DNA from: a virus
Length of the DNA: 64,000 nucleotides
Reading direction: 5' to 3' (one strand)
IMG/VR virus record: IMGVR_UViG_3300021335_000003
Every line of letters begins with the position of its first letter. The stretch's first letter is position 1. A program made the position numbers and the translations under genes. Below, in pieces: positions 36,559-49,500 of this stretch. Below the pieces are notes generated by a model. It saw only the letters and a program-made list of their open reading frames with translations. It was not told the DNA's origin and did not search any database.

Positions 36559-36996
36559 ATGGCTACAAATGAAAAACCACTTTACAAAAATATCAGTATA
36601 AGTTCTCCTGCTACAGAAGAATCTGTAACCAGCAAACAATACAGAGGTATCAGTACCGTAGCCAATCCACGTGGATTTAATTTATATGACTTGGAAATAA
36701 TCAAGCAAGACATTATAAATCACTTCCATATTCGCAAAGGTGAAAAACTAGAAAATCCTATGTTTGGCACTGTTATTTGGGACGTATTATTTGAACCATT
36801 TACAGAAGATTTAAAAGAATTGATTATTCAAGATATTACAGAAGTAATCAATTATGATCCTCGCATTAGCGTAGAAACTGTAACTGTTGATGCATACGAA
36901 AGCGGATTGCAAGTTGATTGTACATTAACTTACATTCCGTATAGTATTAGCGAAACAATGCGTATTAAATTTGATCAAAACAACGGCCTTCTTTAA
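36559..36996 (+). CDS. gp25: Baseplate wedge protein gp25
   Basis: D.EIIKQD..NHF.IRKGEK..NP.FG..IW..LFEP, DPRI. Confidence 0.88.
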   Translation: MATNEKPLYKNISISSPATEESVTSKQYRGISTVANPRGFNLYDLEIIKQDIINHFHIRKGEKLENPMFGTVIWDVLFEPFTEDLKELIIQDITEVINYDPRISVETVTVDAYESGLQVDCTLTYIPYSISETMRIKFDQNNGLL

Positions 36997-37048
36997 TATA
37001 CGCACATTATTACTTCAGGTAAATATACTATAAAGTGAGGAATGGCAT

Positions 37049-40000
37049 ATGTCAACGACAGACAGGCAAAATCGACTTCTATTAGCAGAAGATTGGAAAA
37101 CGATATATCAAAGTTTCAAATACGCAGACTTCCAAAGCTATGACTTTGACAATCTACGTAGAACAATGATCACATACATCAGAGAAAATTATCCTGAAGA
37201 TTATAACGATTATATTGAAAGCTCAGAATATCTTGCACTGATTGATTTGATTGCATTTTTAGGTCAAAACCTAGCCTTCCGCACAGACCTAAATGCTAGA
37301 GAAAATTACATTGAAACAGCAGAGCGTAGAGAAAGCATTCTCCGCCTTGCAAGACTTATTAGCTACAATGCAAGTAGAAACACAACGGCCAATGGTTTAT
37401 TAAAAATTGACAGCATTAGCACAACAGAAGATGTGTTTGATGCAAATAACAATAATCTCAGTGGCCAAACAATATTATGGAATGATGCAACCAATCCTGA
37501 TTGGTATGAACAATTTACAAAAATTCTTAACGCAGCATTGCCATCAAATTCACGTTTTGGTCGTCCTATCAAAAGAACAAATGTAGATGGAGTTATTACA
37601 GAACAATATAGATTTAATGGCACTAACACAGATGTTCCTGTTTTTAGTTTTACTAAAACAGTTGATAACAAAAGTAGAAAGTTTGAAATTACCAGTGCAG
37701 GCATTGATACAGCAGATAATTTTATCTACGAAGAAGAGCCATTTCCTGGCAACAAACTAGCATTTTTGTACAGAGACAACGGGCAAGGTGCTGGTAGCTC
37801 TAACAGTGGATTTTTCTTTCATTTTAGACAAGGTACATTAAACAATAATGTGTTTTCTATTTCAAATCCTGTACCAAATACAACTGTTAATATAGATACA
37901 GACAATATCAATGAAACAGATGTTTGGCTGTATAAACTAGACAGTAATGGAGATGAACAAGATCTTTGGAATAAAGTGAGTAGTGTTGAAGGTAACAACA
38001 TTGTTTATAATAGTGTTGAAAAAGGCGTGCGTGATATTTACGGTGTGTTAAGTAGAATTAATGATAGAATTAGTTTAATCTTTAGTGACGGTGTTTTTGG
38101 TACACTACCTAAAGGCAGTTTTAAAGTATATTATAGAACAAGTTCAAACGAACAGTACAAAATTAATCCTGCAGATCTTATCGGCATTCAAATACAAATA
38201 CCATATCTCAGTAAAAATTCAACTAATGAAACATTAAACTTGGTCTTAGATTTGCAAAGCACTATATCAAATGCAGATGCAAGTGAAACAGATGAAAGTA
38301 TTAAAACAAATGCACCTAGCACATTTTATACGCAAAATAGATTAATAACTGGTGAAGATTATAATATAGGTCCGCTTGGTATCAGTCAACAAATTATTAA
38401 AACCAAAAGTGTTAATCGTACAAGTAGTGGTATTAGTAGATATTATGATTTACGTGACGCAACAGGAAAATATAGTAATACATTAATGTTTGGTGATGAT
38501 GGAAGTTTATATACTGAAGATCTTGCTAAAAAATTTAGTTTTGATTTTACAACAAGAACAGACATTGAAAGTGTAATAAACAATCAAGTAATTGAAATTA
38601 TTCAACATACACAAACTAAAAACTTTTATTACAAATATTTTGATAGAAACACCAGTGTTGAGGATTTAGATTTTACATGGAATCCAACAACAAATGATAC
38701 AAATCAAAGCAGTGGTATATTTCAAGACCAGTTTGATATTGCAGTAGCAGTTAGTAGTTTTACTGCTAGTGTTATGAGATTTGTTTCTCCTGGTAGTTTA
38801 GTTAAATTTATTGCACCTACAGGACAATACTTTGATAAAAATAACAATCTAGCAATTGGCACGCCAAGTGTATTAGGCGATAAAACATACATTTGGACAA
38901 AGGTTATAAGTGTTTTTGAAAACGGCACTGTACAAGATATTGACAGCAATTTAGGACCAATTCTGCTTAATGAAAATATACCAAGTGGTGCTAAGATAGC
39001 TGAAATAGTTCCTGTTTTAAATTTAACAATTGTCGATGATACATTAAGTCAAATGGTTGATCAAATTTTTTCATACAAAACCTTTGGCTTAAGATACGAC
39101 CAAGAAACCAGCGATTGGAAAGTTATAACAAATTTAAATCTAGACACGGTAAATCCATTTAGCCAAGGACGTACTGGAGATGCAACAGGTACTAACCAAG
39201 ACAGCAGTTGGATATTTTTATTTGAAACCAATGGTGAAACTTACACAGTAACACATCGTGGTTTACGTTATGTGTTTGAAAGCGATGAACAAATACGTTT
39301 TTACTTTGATGGAAATGACAGAATTTATGATAGTAAAACTGGACAAATTGTTACTGATACAATTGATGTATTAAGCAATAATAATCTACCAGATAGTTTA
39401 ACTAATTTTACCCAAAACTGGAAGTGGCAAGTAATTAGTGCATACAGAGGCGATGCTGGTTATGTAGATAGTAAAAAATTAGAAGTAGGATTTGTTGATA
39501 CAGACGCCGACGGAGTTATTGACGATCCAGACTTATTTACACAGATTGTTGCACCAGATTATTTGCCTGATACCAAATATATTTTTGCTAAGAAAATTTT
39601 AAGAAATGATGTAGAAACTTATGAATATGCAGATGCTGAAGAAAATAACATTATTGTCATTTCAAACGAAGCCGCCGCAGGATCATTAAGTGCATATACT
39701 AATAATCCAGTTTTTTATATTAGTAGCAAAGATGTATTTAAAAGAATCAACAGTTTAATGACTGGTTTAGAATTAGACATTAATTGGCGTGCTTATAAAG
39801 GTAGGGATAAATTAAGATTTAATTACAGACATGCCGCAGCTGAAAATCGCAGAATTGATCCTAGCAGTAGTAACATAATTGATTTGTACCTTTTAGAAAA
39901 AACATATGATACAGAATTTAGAAAATTCTTAAAAGGCGATATTACAACTAAACCTTTACCACCAAGTAGTGATGCATTGTATTTAAATTATGGACAAGAT

Positions 40001-40513
40001 ATCAAGAAAATTAAAAGTATAAGTGATGAATTAATTTATCATCCAGTAAAATACAAACCATTGTTTGGTAGTTTAGCTGATGAAGATTTGCAAGCAACAA
40101 TTAAAATTGTTAAAAACACAGCAAGAGTTGTAAATGATAACGAAGTAAAATCAAGAGTTATTGACAGTATTAATGAATATTTTGCACTTGAAAATTGGGA
40201 CTTTGGAGAAACATTTTATTTTAGTGAATTAGCAGCATATGTTATGAAGCAAGTTTCTCCTGATGTAGCTAGTATTGTGTTAGTACCAAAAAGTGAGACA
40301 CAAGTATTTGGTAGCCTATACGAAATAGTTTGCGAAAATGATGAAATATTTGTAAATGCTGCAAATGTTAGTGATGTAGAAATTATTGACAGTATTACAG
40401 CAGCAAGATTAAAAGCCACAGGAACAGTAGTAACTAGTGACGATGTTTTAAACACAGGAATACAAAGTAGCGTGACAAATACCAATATTATTACCGAAGG
40501 AAATGATTACTAA
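37049..40513 (+). CDS. gp6: Baseplate wedge protein (gp6-like)
   Basis: YDFD.LR, D.IAFLG, E.Y..TA.RRES...LA....Y, FSDGVFG.LP, E....IK.NAP....QNR.IT.EDY. Confidence 0.85.
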   Translation: MSTTDRQNRLLLAEDWKTIYQSFKYADFQSYDFDNLRRTMITYIRENYPEDYNDYIESSEYLALIDLIAFLGQNLAFRTDLNARENYIETAERRESILRLARLISYNASRNTTANGLLKIDSISTTEDVFDANNNNLSGQTILWNDATNPDWYEQFTKILNAALPSNSRFGRPIKRTNVDGVITEQYRFNGTNTDVPVFSFTKTVDNKSRKFEITSAGIDTADNFIYEEEPFPGNKLAFLYRDNGQGAGSSNSGFFFHFRQGTLNNNVFSISNPVPNTTVNIDTDNINETDVWLYKLDSNGDEQDLWNKVSSVEGNNIVYNSVEKGVRDIYGVLSRINDRISLIFSDGVFGTLPKGSFKVYYRTSSNEQYKINPADLIGIQIQIPYLSKNSTNETLNLVLDLQSTISNADASETDESIKTNAPSTFYTQNRLITGEDYNIGPLGISQQIIKTKSVNRTSSGISRYYDLRDATGKYSNTLMFGDDGSLYTEDLAKKFSFDFTTRTDIESVINNQVIEIIQHTQTKNFYYKYFDRNTSVEDLDFTWNPTTNDTNQSSGIFQDQFDIAVAVSSFTASVMRFVSPGSLVKFIAPTGQYFDKNNNLAIGTPSVLGDKTYIWTKVISVFENGTVQDIDSNLGPILLNENIPSGAKIAEIVPVLNLTIVDDTLSQMVDQIFSYKTFGLRYDQETSDWKVITNLNLDTVNPFSQGRTGDATGTNQDSSWIFLFETNGETYTVTHRGLRYVFESDEQIRFYFDGNDRIYDSKTGQIVTDTIDVLSNNNLPDSLTNFTQNWKWQVISAYRGDAGYVDSKKLEVGFVDTDADGVIDDPDLFTQIVAPDYLPDTKYIFAKKILRNDVETYEYADAEENNIIVISNEAAAGSLSAYTNNPVFYISSKDVFKRINSLMTGLELDINWRAYKGRDKLRFNYRHAAAENRRIDPSSSNIIDLYLLEKTYDTEFRKFLKGDITTKPLPPSSDALYLNYGQDIKKIKSISDELIYHPVKYKPLFGSLADEDLQATIKIVKNTARVVNDNEVKSRVIDSINEYFALENWDFGETFYFSELAAYVMKQVSPDVASIVLVPKSETQVFGSLYEIVCENDEIFVNAANVSDVEIIDSITAARLKATGTVVTSDDVLNTGIQSSVTNTNIITEGNDY

Positions 40514-43500
40514 TGGCATACGAAGATAACCAAAACGAATATCCTATTCCAGGTCGCAATGATAGTAAAAGAACCAATGCCTCTTTATTACCAAGATATT
40601 TTCGTACCGATGCTAACAAAAAATTTGTAGGAAGTACATTAGATCAATTAACATCTCCTGGTGTTGTTGAAAAATTAAATGGCTTTGTAGGTAGCAGAGA
40701 AGCTAAAGCAGCCGTTATTACCGACAACTATATTGAAGATATAAATCAAGAACGTGAAAATTATCAATTAGAACCATATACAATCATTGAAGATGATTTA
40801 GGCAATATAGATTTTAATGCTGATTATTTAGATTTACTTGGACAAGTTAATGGCTTCGGTGGCACAACTACCAATCATGACAAGTTGTTTGCTCAAGAGT
40901 TTTATGCATGGAATCCACATATTGATTTTGACAAGTTCACAAACTTCCGTGAATATTATTGGTTACCAAATGGGCCACAAGAGGTTCCTGTAAGAGGAAC
41001 AGGTATTGATGTTGTAAGCACATTAAAAGTTAGACTTGAATATGATGGCGGCGATGCAGCATTTGTATTCACACCTGACGGAGTTACTCGTAATAAAATA
41101 TTAACACTGTACAGAGGTCAAACATATAGATTTGAAGTAGATACTCCTGGTCATCCTTTTGGTATTGCACTAAGCAGATTAAAAAATGTTCCTTATGCTG
41201 ACAGCACAGAATATGTAGAAAATTTATATTTAGAAGGTGTATCTATTACAGAAGAATATGACGATACTGTTGTATTTAGAGAAGACCTAGTAGGTGATGG
41301 ATTCTTAGAAAAAGGTGTGTTAGAATTTACAGTGCCAATGAATGCACCTGATAACTTGTATTATATCAGTCAAAATGATATTAATGTCAGTGGTAATTTA
41401 AATTTATTTGATATTGAAGAATCAACAGTTCTAAATGTTGAAGAAGAAATCTTAGGAAAGAAAACCTATAAAACAGTAGATGGCTGGGACTTTTCTAATG
41501 GTATGAAGGTGTATTTTACAGGCACAGTATATCCTGAGTCTTATGAGCAAGGATTATATTATGTAGAGGGTGTTGGCGAATCGATCGAACTTGTTGCAGT
41601 AAAAGATTTACAAGTACCTGCAATCTTTACACAGGATACACAAGTGCCATTTGACATTAATCCTTTTGATAGAGTGCCTTTTGGCGATGCAAAAAGTTTT
41701 GCAGGAACAAAAGATTATGTGTGTATTAACCGCAGAGACAAAAGTAAAAACCCTTGGAGTAGATACAACCGTTGGACACATAAGAGTGTTATAGAAAAAA
41801 GTGCAGAAATAAACAATACACCTATTGAAATTTTTGAAGACCTTAGAGCACTAAGACCTATCATTGAATTTGAACCAAACTTAAGATTGTTTAATCATGG
41901 TAACAAAGCCAAAGCAGCAGTAGATCTTGTTGATACTTTTACACCTGATGTGTTTAGCACAATTGAAGGTAGTGCAGGTTACAACGTTGATGGTGTAGAT
42001 TTAGCAGATGGAATGCGTGTGTTATTTACAGGTGATCAAGACTCTCTTGTAAATGGTAAAATTTACGAAGTTAATTTTATCACACATAATAACAATATAC
42101 AAATCAGTTTATTAGAAACCGGAGATACACTGCCTGCTGAAAACGAAACAATTTTAATTTTAGATGGTGATGTTAATGCTGGTTGTATGTATTGGTATGA
42201 TGGCAATCAATGGAATAAAGCACAAGACAAGTCAGGTATAAATCAATCTCCGTTATTTGATTTATTTGATAATGATGGAAACAGCATCGGTGATCAAACA
42301 ATTTATGATAGTACAGAATTTGTAGGAAACAGAATTTTTAATTATCGTGTTGGCGAAGGTACAAAGGATACCGAATTAGGATTTCCTTTGACATATCAAA
42401 ATTTTGTTAATATTGGTGATATAGTTTTTGATTTTCCGTTATTAAGTAAATCTTATAATTATAAGGTTGGCAATGATTTTGTACAAATATTTAGCGATAC
42501 ATTGTTTTTGAAAAAATTTGTAAATGAAACAGATCAATATGTAAATGCATGGAAAAAGTCAAATACAAAATCGCAACAATATGTTGTTAGAAAATTTACA
42601 GGATCAGAATATGTAAATAATTTTCCTATTGATGTTTATAATAACAGTGCAGAATTAGATGATTTAAAAGTTAAGGTATATGTTAATAGTTTATATAAAA
42701 CAGAAAGTACAGACTATACTTTAGTAAATTCTAGTAAAACAAAAACCATTGTCTTTAACAACGATTTACAATTTGAAGATATTATTGTAATTAAAACACA
42801 TAGCAAAGCAGATAAAAATAACAATGGCTATTACGAAATACCTTACAATTTAGAAAGAAATCCTCTCAATGAAAATATAACTGAATTTACTCTTGGAGAA
42901 GTTAATGATCATGTAGAAGGATTAATAACTGAATTACAAAATTTCCAAGGCACACAGCCTGGTATTAGTAATTTAAGAGATTTAGGTGATGTTGCAGCAT
43001 ATGGCAGAAAATTTATTCAGCATAGCGGACCAATTAATCTTTCTATGTATAATCTAGTTTCAAAAAATGCAAATATAATAAAAGCAGTAAGATATGCATC
43101 TAATGAATATCAAAAATTTAAAAGACAGTTTATTCAAATTGCAACTGACAATACATTTAACGGTACATTAAAAGAACACGTTGATTTTATTTTTAATTTG
43201 TTAAATGAAGATAAAACAGAAAAAACAAATTTTTATAGTACAGACATGGCAGGCACTGGCGGCAGTGTTGAAATTAAGTATGATGTTTTAGACAACAGAT
43301 TAAAAACATATGCCTTAAGTGCAAACTTTTCAAAAGATGTAATTAGTAATCTTGCAGTATATGTGTATATAAACGATGAACAACTTGTACATGGTAAAGA
43401 TTATACTTTTACAAATACAGGTTTTGTGAATATCTCAAAAGAATTTGCAAATGGAGATGTAATTAAAATTTATGAATATGCAAATACAGAAGGTAGTTTT

Positions 43501-46500
43501 ATTCCTCCTACTCCTACAAAAATAGGATTGTATCCAACATATGTTCCTGAAAAGTTTTTAGATAATTCATATAGAGAAAATACTAATGTGATTAGAGGGC
43601 ACGACGGTAGTTTGATGATTGCATACGACGATTATCGTGATGATTTAATTTTAGAATTAGAAAAAAGAATTTACAACAATTTAAAAGTATCATATGATGA
43701 AGATATATTTGATATAAATGATATTATCGGTGGCTATAGTAGAGACACTGGGGTCTCAAGACAAAGCATTGACGATATTATAATTACAGATTTTGTTAAA
43801 TGGTTAGATGTTGCTAAAATCAATGATTATACAAACAATGACTTTTTAGTGCAAGGCGATTCTTTTTCCTATAATTATAGCAAAAGTGTAAATTCAAAAA
43901 ATCAACTGTTACCAGGTTATTGGAGAGGTGTATATTTACAAGCATATGACACCGATCGTCCTCACACACATCCTTGGGAAATGTTAGGCTTTGCAAGTCA
44001 GCCAATATGGTGGAAAGAAGTTTATGGACCTGCACCATACACAAGTAACAATTTAATTTTATGGTCAGATTTGCAAAAAGGCATTGTGAGAGAACCAGGG
44101 CAACCTGTTGTAGTACGTTCTAAGTATGTAAGAAGCAATTTGTTAGAGCATTTGCCTGTTAATGAAAACGGACAATTGTTGTCACCTTTAGAAAGTGGAT
44201 ATGCTCAAAATTTTAGTTTTTCTGTGCAACAAAGCACAGAATACAAATTTGGCGATCATGCTCCAGTAGAAACTGCATGGAGAAGAAGTAGCGGATATCC
44301 TTTTGCTTTACTAACAGCAATGATTTTGTTACGTCCTGCACATACAATTGGTATTGGATTAGACAGATCTAGAATTACAAAAGATAAAACAAATAATATT
44401 GTTTATGGAAATACTAATAAAAGAATAAACACAAAAAATTTAACATTCCCAACTATCAATGGAAATATAACTGGTGGATTGTTAAATTACATTTTATACT
44501 ATACCCAACTTAACAATGAATTTTCTTTCGAAACTTATATAGATAACATTCAACGTATTGATAATAAAATAGGTTTTAAACTTGCAGGTTTTGCTAACAA
44601 AGATAAACTAAAATTGGTTTTAGATAGTAAAACACCCTTAAACCAAGGCAATGTGTTTGTACCTTTTGAAAATTATAATTTAACATTTAGAAGTAGTGCT
44701 CCTTTACAAACAATAACATATAGTGGTGTTATTGTTGAAAAAGTAAGCAGAGGATTTAAAATTACAGGATACGATCAAGAAGATCCGTATTTCTTTTATA
44801 ATGCAGTATTAGAAAGTGCAAATGATCCAGTTGTAAATGTTGGCGGAATTAGCGAAAGTTTTTCTACATGGTCTGATAACAAAACTTATGTAGCTGGTAA
44901 AATAGTTGAGTTTAATGATAGGTATTATAGAGTAAATGTCACTCATACCTCAGAAGAAAATTTTGACGAAACTAAATTTACACCTTTAAGAAGTTTGCCA
45001 CAGGTTGGTGGTGTAAATGCATATTTTAGAAAACGTTTTGATACTAATATTTCTCGCATTGATTACGGAACTGTTTTGACTAGTATTCAAGACGTTGTAG
45101 ATTTTCTTTTAGGTTATCAAAAACATTTATTATCACAAGGATTTATTTTTGATTATTTTAACAAAGAAACTGAAGCAATTGAAAATTGGTCACTAGCAGC
45201 AAAAGAGTTTATGTTTTGGACAAGTCAAAACTGGGCTCAATCAAGTATCATAACATTAAGTCCTGCTGCTAATAATTTGGTATTTTCACAAGATTATTAT
45301 GTTGTAGATAACTTGTTTGATAGTTTTTATAATTACCCTGTACTAAATCAAAATAGTAAAAAACTAAACTTTAACTTTTTTAATGTTTATAGAGATAATT
45401 CTAACAACTTCCAACTCACTTCAAGCGAAGATGGTATCTTCTTAATAAAATTACCATTAATTCAGAAGGAACATGTTGTTTTAATAGATAATACAACTGT
45501 GTTTAATGATGTTATTTTTAGCAAGAACACAGGTTATCGTCAGCAAAGAATTAAAATTGTTGGATATAGAACAGATCAGTGGAATGGTAGTTTAAATATT
45601 CCTGGTTTTATTTACGATGATGCAAAAGTAACTGAATGGGAATCATATAAAGATTATACTGTTGGCGAACTTGTAAAGTTTAAAGAATTTTATTATGCAG
45701 CAATTGCATCTCATAATGGCACTGAAAACTTTGATTTTAATTTATGGTCTAGACTACCAGAAAAGCCGGAAAACAAACTTCAACCAAACTGGGATTACAG
45801 AGCAAATCAATTTGCAGACTTTTATGATTTAGATACAGATAATTTTGATTCTGAACAACAAAGGTTAGCACAACACTTGATTGGTTATCAAAAAAGAAAT
45901 TATTTGTCAAACATTATACAAGACGATGTAAGTCAGTACAAGTTCTATCAAGGATTTATACAAGACAAAGGCACATCAAATAGTGTAACAAAATTGTTTG
46001 ATAAACTAGGAAGTGCTAACCAAGACAGTATAGAACTTTATGAAGAATGGGCAATACGAGTTGGTCAGTATGGTGCTGTATCTAGTTTTGATGAGGTTGA
46101 ATTTAAATTAGATGAAAAGCAGTTTAGAATTGAACCGCAAACAGTAGAATTAGTAAATCAAGTAGATAATACTAGAACAGATTTAGTTTATCAATATCCA
46201 AGTTCTGATGTTTTAATTAAACCATCAAACTACGATCAAGGGTTTTTACCAGTTAATAACACAGTAAATGAATATACTAAAACTGGTGGCTATGTAAAAT
46301 TAGATCAAGTGGACTTTTTAGCAAAAGTTTTAGAAGATATTTTAACAGTTGATATTGATACAGTTGATATCGGTTCATATGTTTGGACGCCCAAAGATGA
46401 AACAAGTTGGATGGTTTATCGCCATGTAACTGCACCATATAAAGTCACACATATTGAAAAAACTGATTTAGGTTTTAAAATGTATTTTAACACCAACATC

Positions 46501-49500
46501 GAATTAGAAGAAGATGCTATTATTGGTATTAATAACATAAATGATGAAGTAAATGGATTTTGGTTAGCAACCAATATTCAACGTAATATTATCAACAACG
46601 CTGATAGCACTATTACTCATCCAAATATTGAAATTGAAACTGATAATCCTATCAGCGACGATTATATTGATTTAGAAGATAGCACACTTGGTCTTGTAAG
46701 TGAATTTTGTATTAGAAGAGTTACTCAAGTAAGTGATATTAACATAGCTTTACAAACTTATGATTTAAACAACGATAGATTTTGGATTGACGATATAGGT
46801 AATGGTATAAGTGCAACTTACGATAATAAACCAACACTTACAAAACTACAAGATATATTAGCCAGCCAAGAATCCAGCGAACTTTTTGGACAAAGTATTG
46901 CCGCAAGTTATAACAACACAATATTAGCAGTTGGTGTGCCGGATATAGATGACGGCAAAGTTTATGTTTATACTAGAGGCAGTGATGCACAAGAACTAAG
47001 ATTAAATCAAACTTTAGAACCAAATATTGATTATCATGATATAGGAAGCGAATTTGGAGACAGTGTTGCAATAACACCAAACGGACAATATTTGTATGTT
47101 GGTGCGCCTCTTGCATCAAATGTAAGAAGCAGATACAAAGGTGCTTTAGATCCAATTGAAGAATATGCACAAGGCGATATTGTTAGCAGTAAAGGTGTGC
47201 TATGGGAAGCATTAAGAACTGTTACAGTTGAAAGTAGCACAATTAACTTAGAAAGTCAAGACTGGAAACGTGTAAAAATAATTCCAGCCGATCCTGGTGC
47301 TGATCCTATGAAGTATTCGCAACAGGGTGTTGTTTATATCTATAAAAAACTTGTAGATAATACTTTTGATTTAATCGATGTAATTTGTAGTAGTGCTCCA
47401 GGAACAAATGAAAAATTTGGCATAGGTGTAAAAGCAGTTTCACCTGGTGATTATGATCATAGCTTATATGTGAGAAGTTTAGCAGATAACGGAAGATTGT
47501 ATGTTATTAATAATGGCGGAATAAATGATGTTGATTCTTATTCATACAATATTGATGAGGATTATCGAGGTGAATGGCAAAGTATTGCAAAATACATAGA
47601 AAACGAAATTGTATATTACGAAGGCGATCTATATCAAGCAAATCAAACTGTATTTGCAGGTAATCCTTTTGATACAAGTTTATGGAACCAATTAGACACA
47701 TTTGTCGATTACACAGGATACTTAACAAGTGATTTAAGCGATACTACTGATTTGTATAATGAAGATAGTAGTGGTTTTGGTTTAGCAACAGATGTTGGTA
47801 TTACATTTGACATTAGTGGCAACGGTGAAGTTATAGCTCTTTCGGGTGTTTTAAATGCAGCAGAATTTAGAGTTGCAATTTATAGAAAACAAAACGGAAG
47901 ATATGTATTTGATCAAAACATTGATTCTCCTGTTGATAATGAATTCTTTGGACACAGTGTAAGTTTAAACACGCTTGGAAACAAGTTAGCAATTGGTGCT
48001 CCTGATTCAGATGAAGCTGGAATCACAAACGGACAGGTATATATTTACAAGTTAGTAAATCAACAATTTGAATTAGATCAAAAACTATTTTCTCCTGATG
48101 GAGAAAAAAATAATAGATTTGGAGTTTATGTAGATCTAGATGGTGAAAAACTAGCTGTAACTAGTGAAAGAGGTGATACAGAATTTGAAATATCTTTTGA
48201 TGTTTATAATACTGTATATCCAGATTCTTTAGCAAAATTTGGAAGTGCATATGTTAATAGTCCAGGTTCTGGCGAAACAGATGCTCCTACACTGTTTGAT
48301 AATGGTGCAACAAATATAATTGATAAAGTAAAAGATAACAGTCGTGTTTATCTATATGAAACTATTAACGACAAATTAATATATTCTGAGAAATTATTTT
48401 CAAGTACTGATATAAGTGACTCAAATATGAATTACGGATATTTGAATAGAAACCATTTATATGTTGTTGCACCTTCACAACCTTTAGATGATATTATTAA
48501 TGATTCTACTAATAATAACGGTATTATACAAGACTTTAGATCTGACTTAAATGCAACAGCTTGGACAATTAATTCACAAGTTGAACCTTTTGTAGATTTA
48601 AGTAAAATTAAAGGTGTTTGGTTATACGATAATAAAACAAAAGATTTAATTACGTATTTAGATTATATTGATCCTATTCAAGGTCGTATTGCTGGTCCAG
48701 CTGAGCAAGAAGTATCGTATAAGCTGTATTATGATCCAGCAGTTTATAATGTAGGTTCAACTGATACTGGCACAAAAGATTTATGGTCAACACAATATGT
48801 AGGAAAGTTGTGGTGGAATATTGACACAATCAAATGGTATAATCCTTACCAAGGAGATTTACAATTTAAAACAAATACATGGAATCAAATTATTCCAGGG
48901 TTTGACGTTGATATATATGAATGGGTTGAAAGTGATTATATTCCTAGTGAATGGGATGGATTAGCAGATACAACTGAAGGTTTAGCAGAAGGAATAAGTG
49001 GCACGAGTTTATATGGTGATGAAACTTATACAGTAGCCAATAGTTATGATCCTGTAACAGGTGTAGCAATACCAAAGTATTATTTCTGGGTAAAATCTAA
49101 AACAACATTACCTAACACATATGGTAGAAAAATTTCTGCACTTGATGTAGAAAATTTAATTAGAGACCCAGCAGCTCAAGGTTATAGATTTATAAATTTA
49201 TTTGATAGTAAAAATTATGCTTTACATAATGTAAGAAATTTAATTAAAGATAAAGACACAATTTTGCATATTGATTATTATAATACTGACGATATAGATA
49301 ATAATATACACAGTGAATATCAACTTTTAACTGAAGGACTTGCAAGTAGTAAGCCAAATGCAGATATAGTTGATAAATGGGTTGATAGTTTAGTTGGATA
49401 CAATGAACAAAGTATTCAACTACCAGATACTAGAGTGAGTATTGCTAGACGTTTTGGTATATTAAATGAACCAAATCAAAGTATGTTTGTAAATCGCAAA

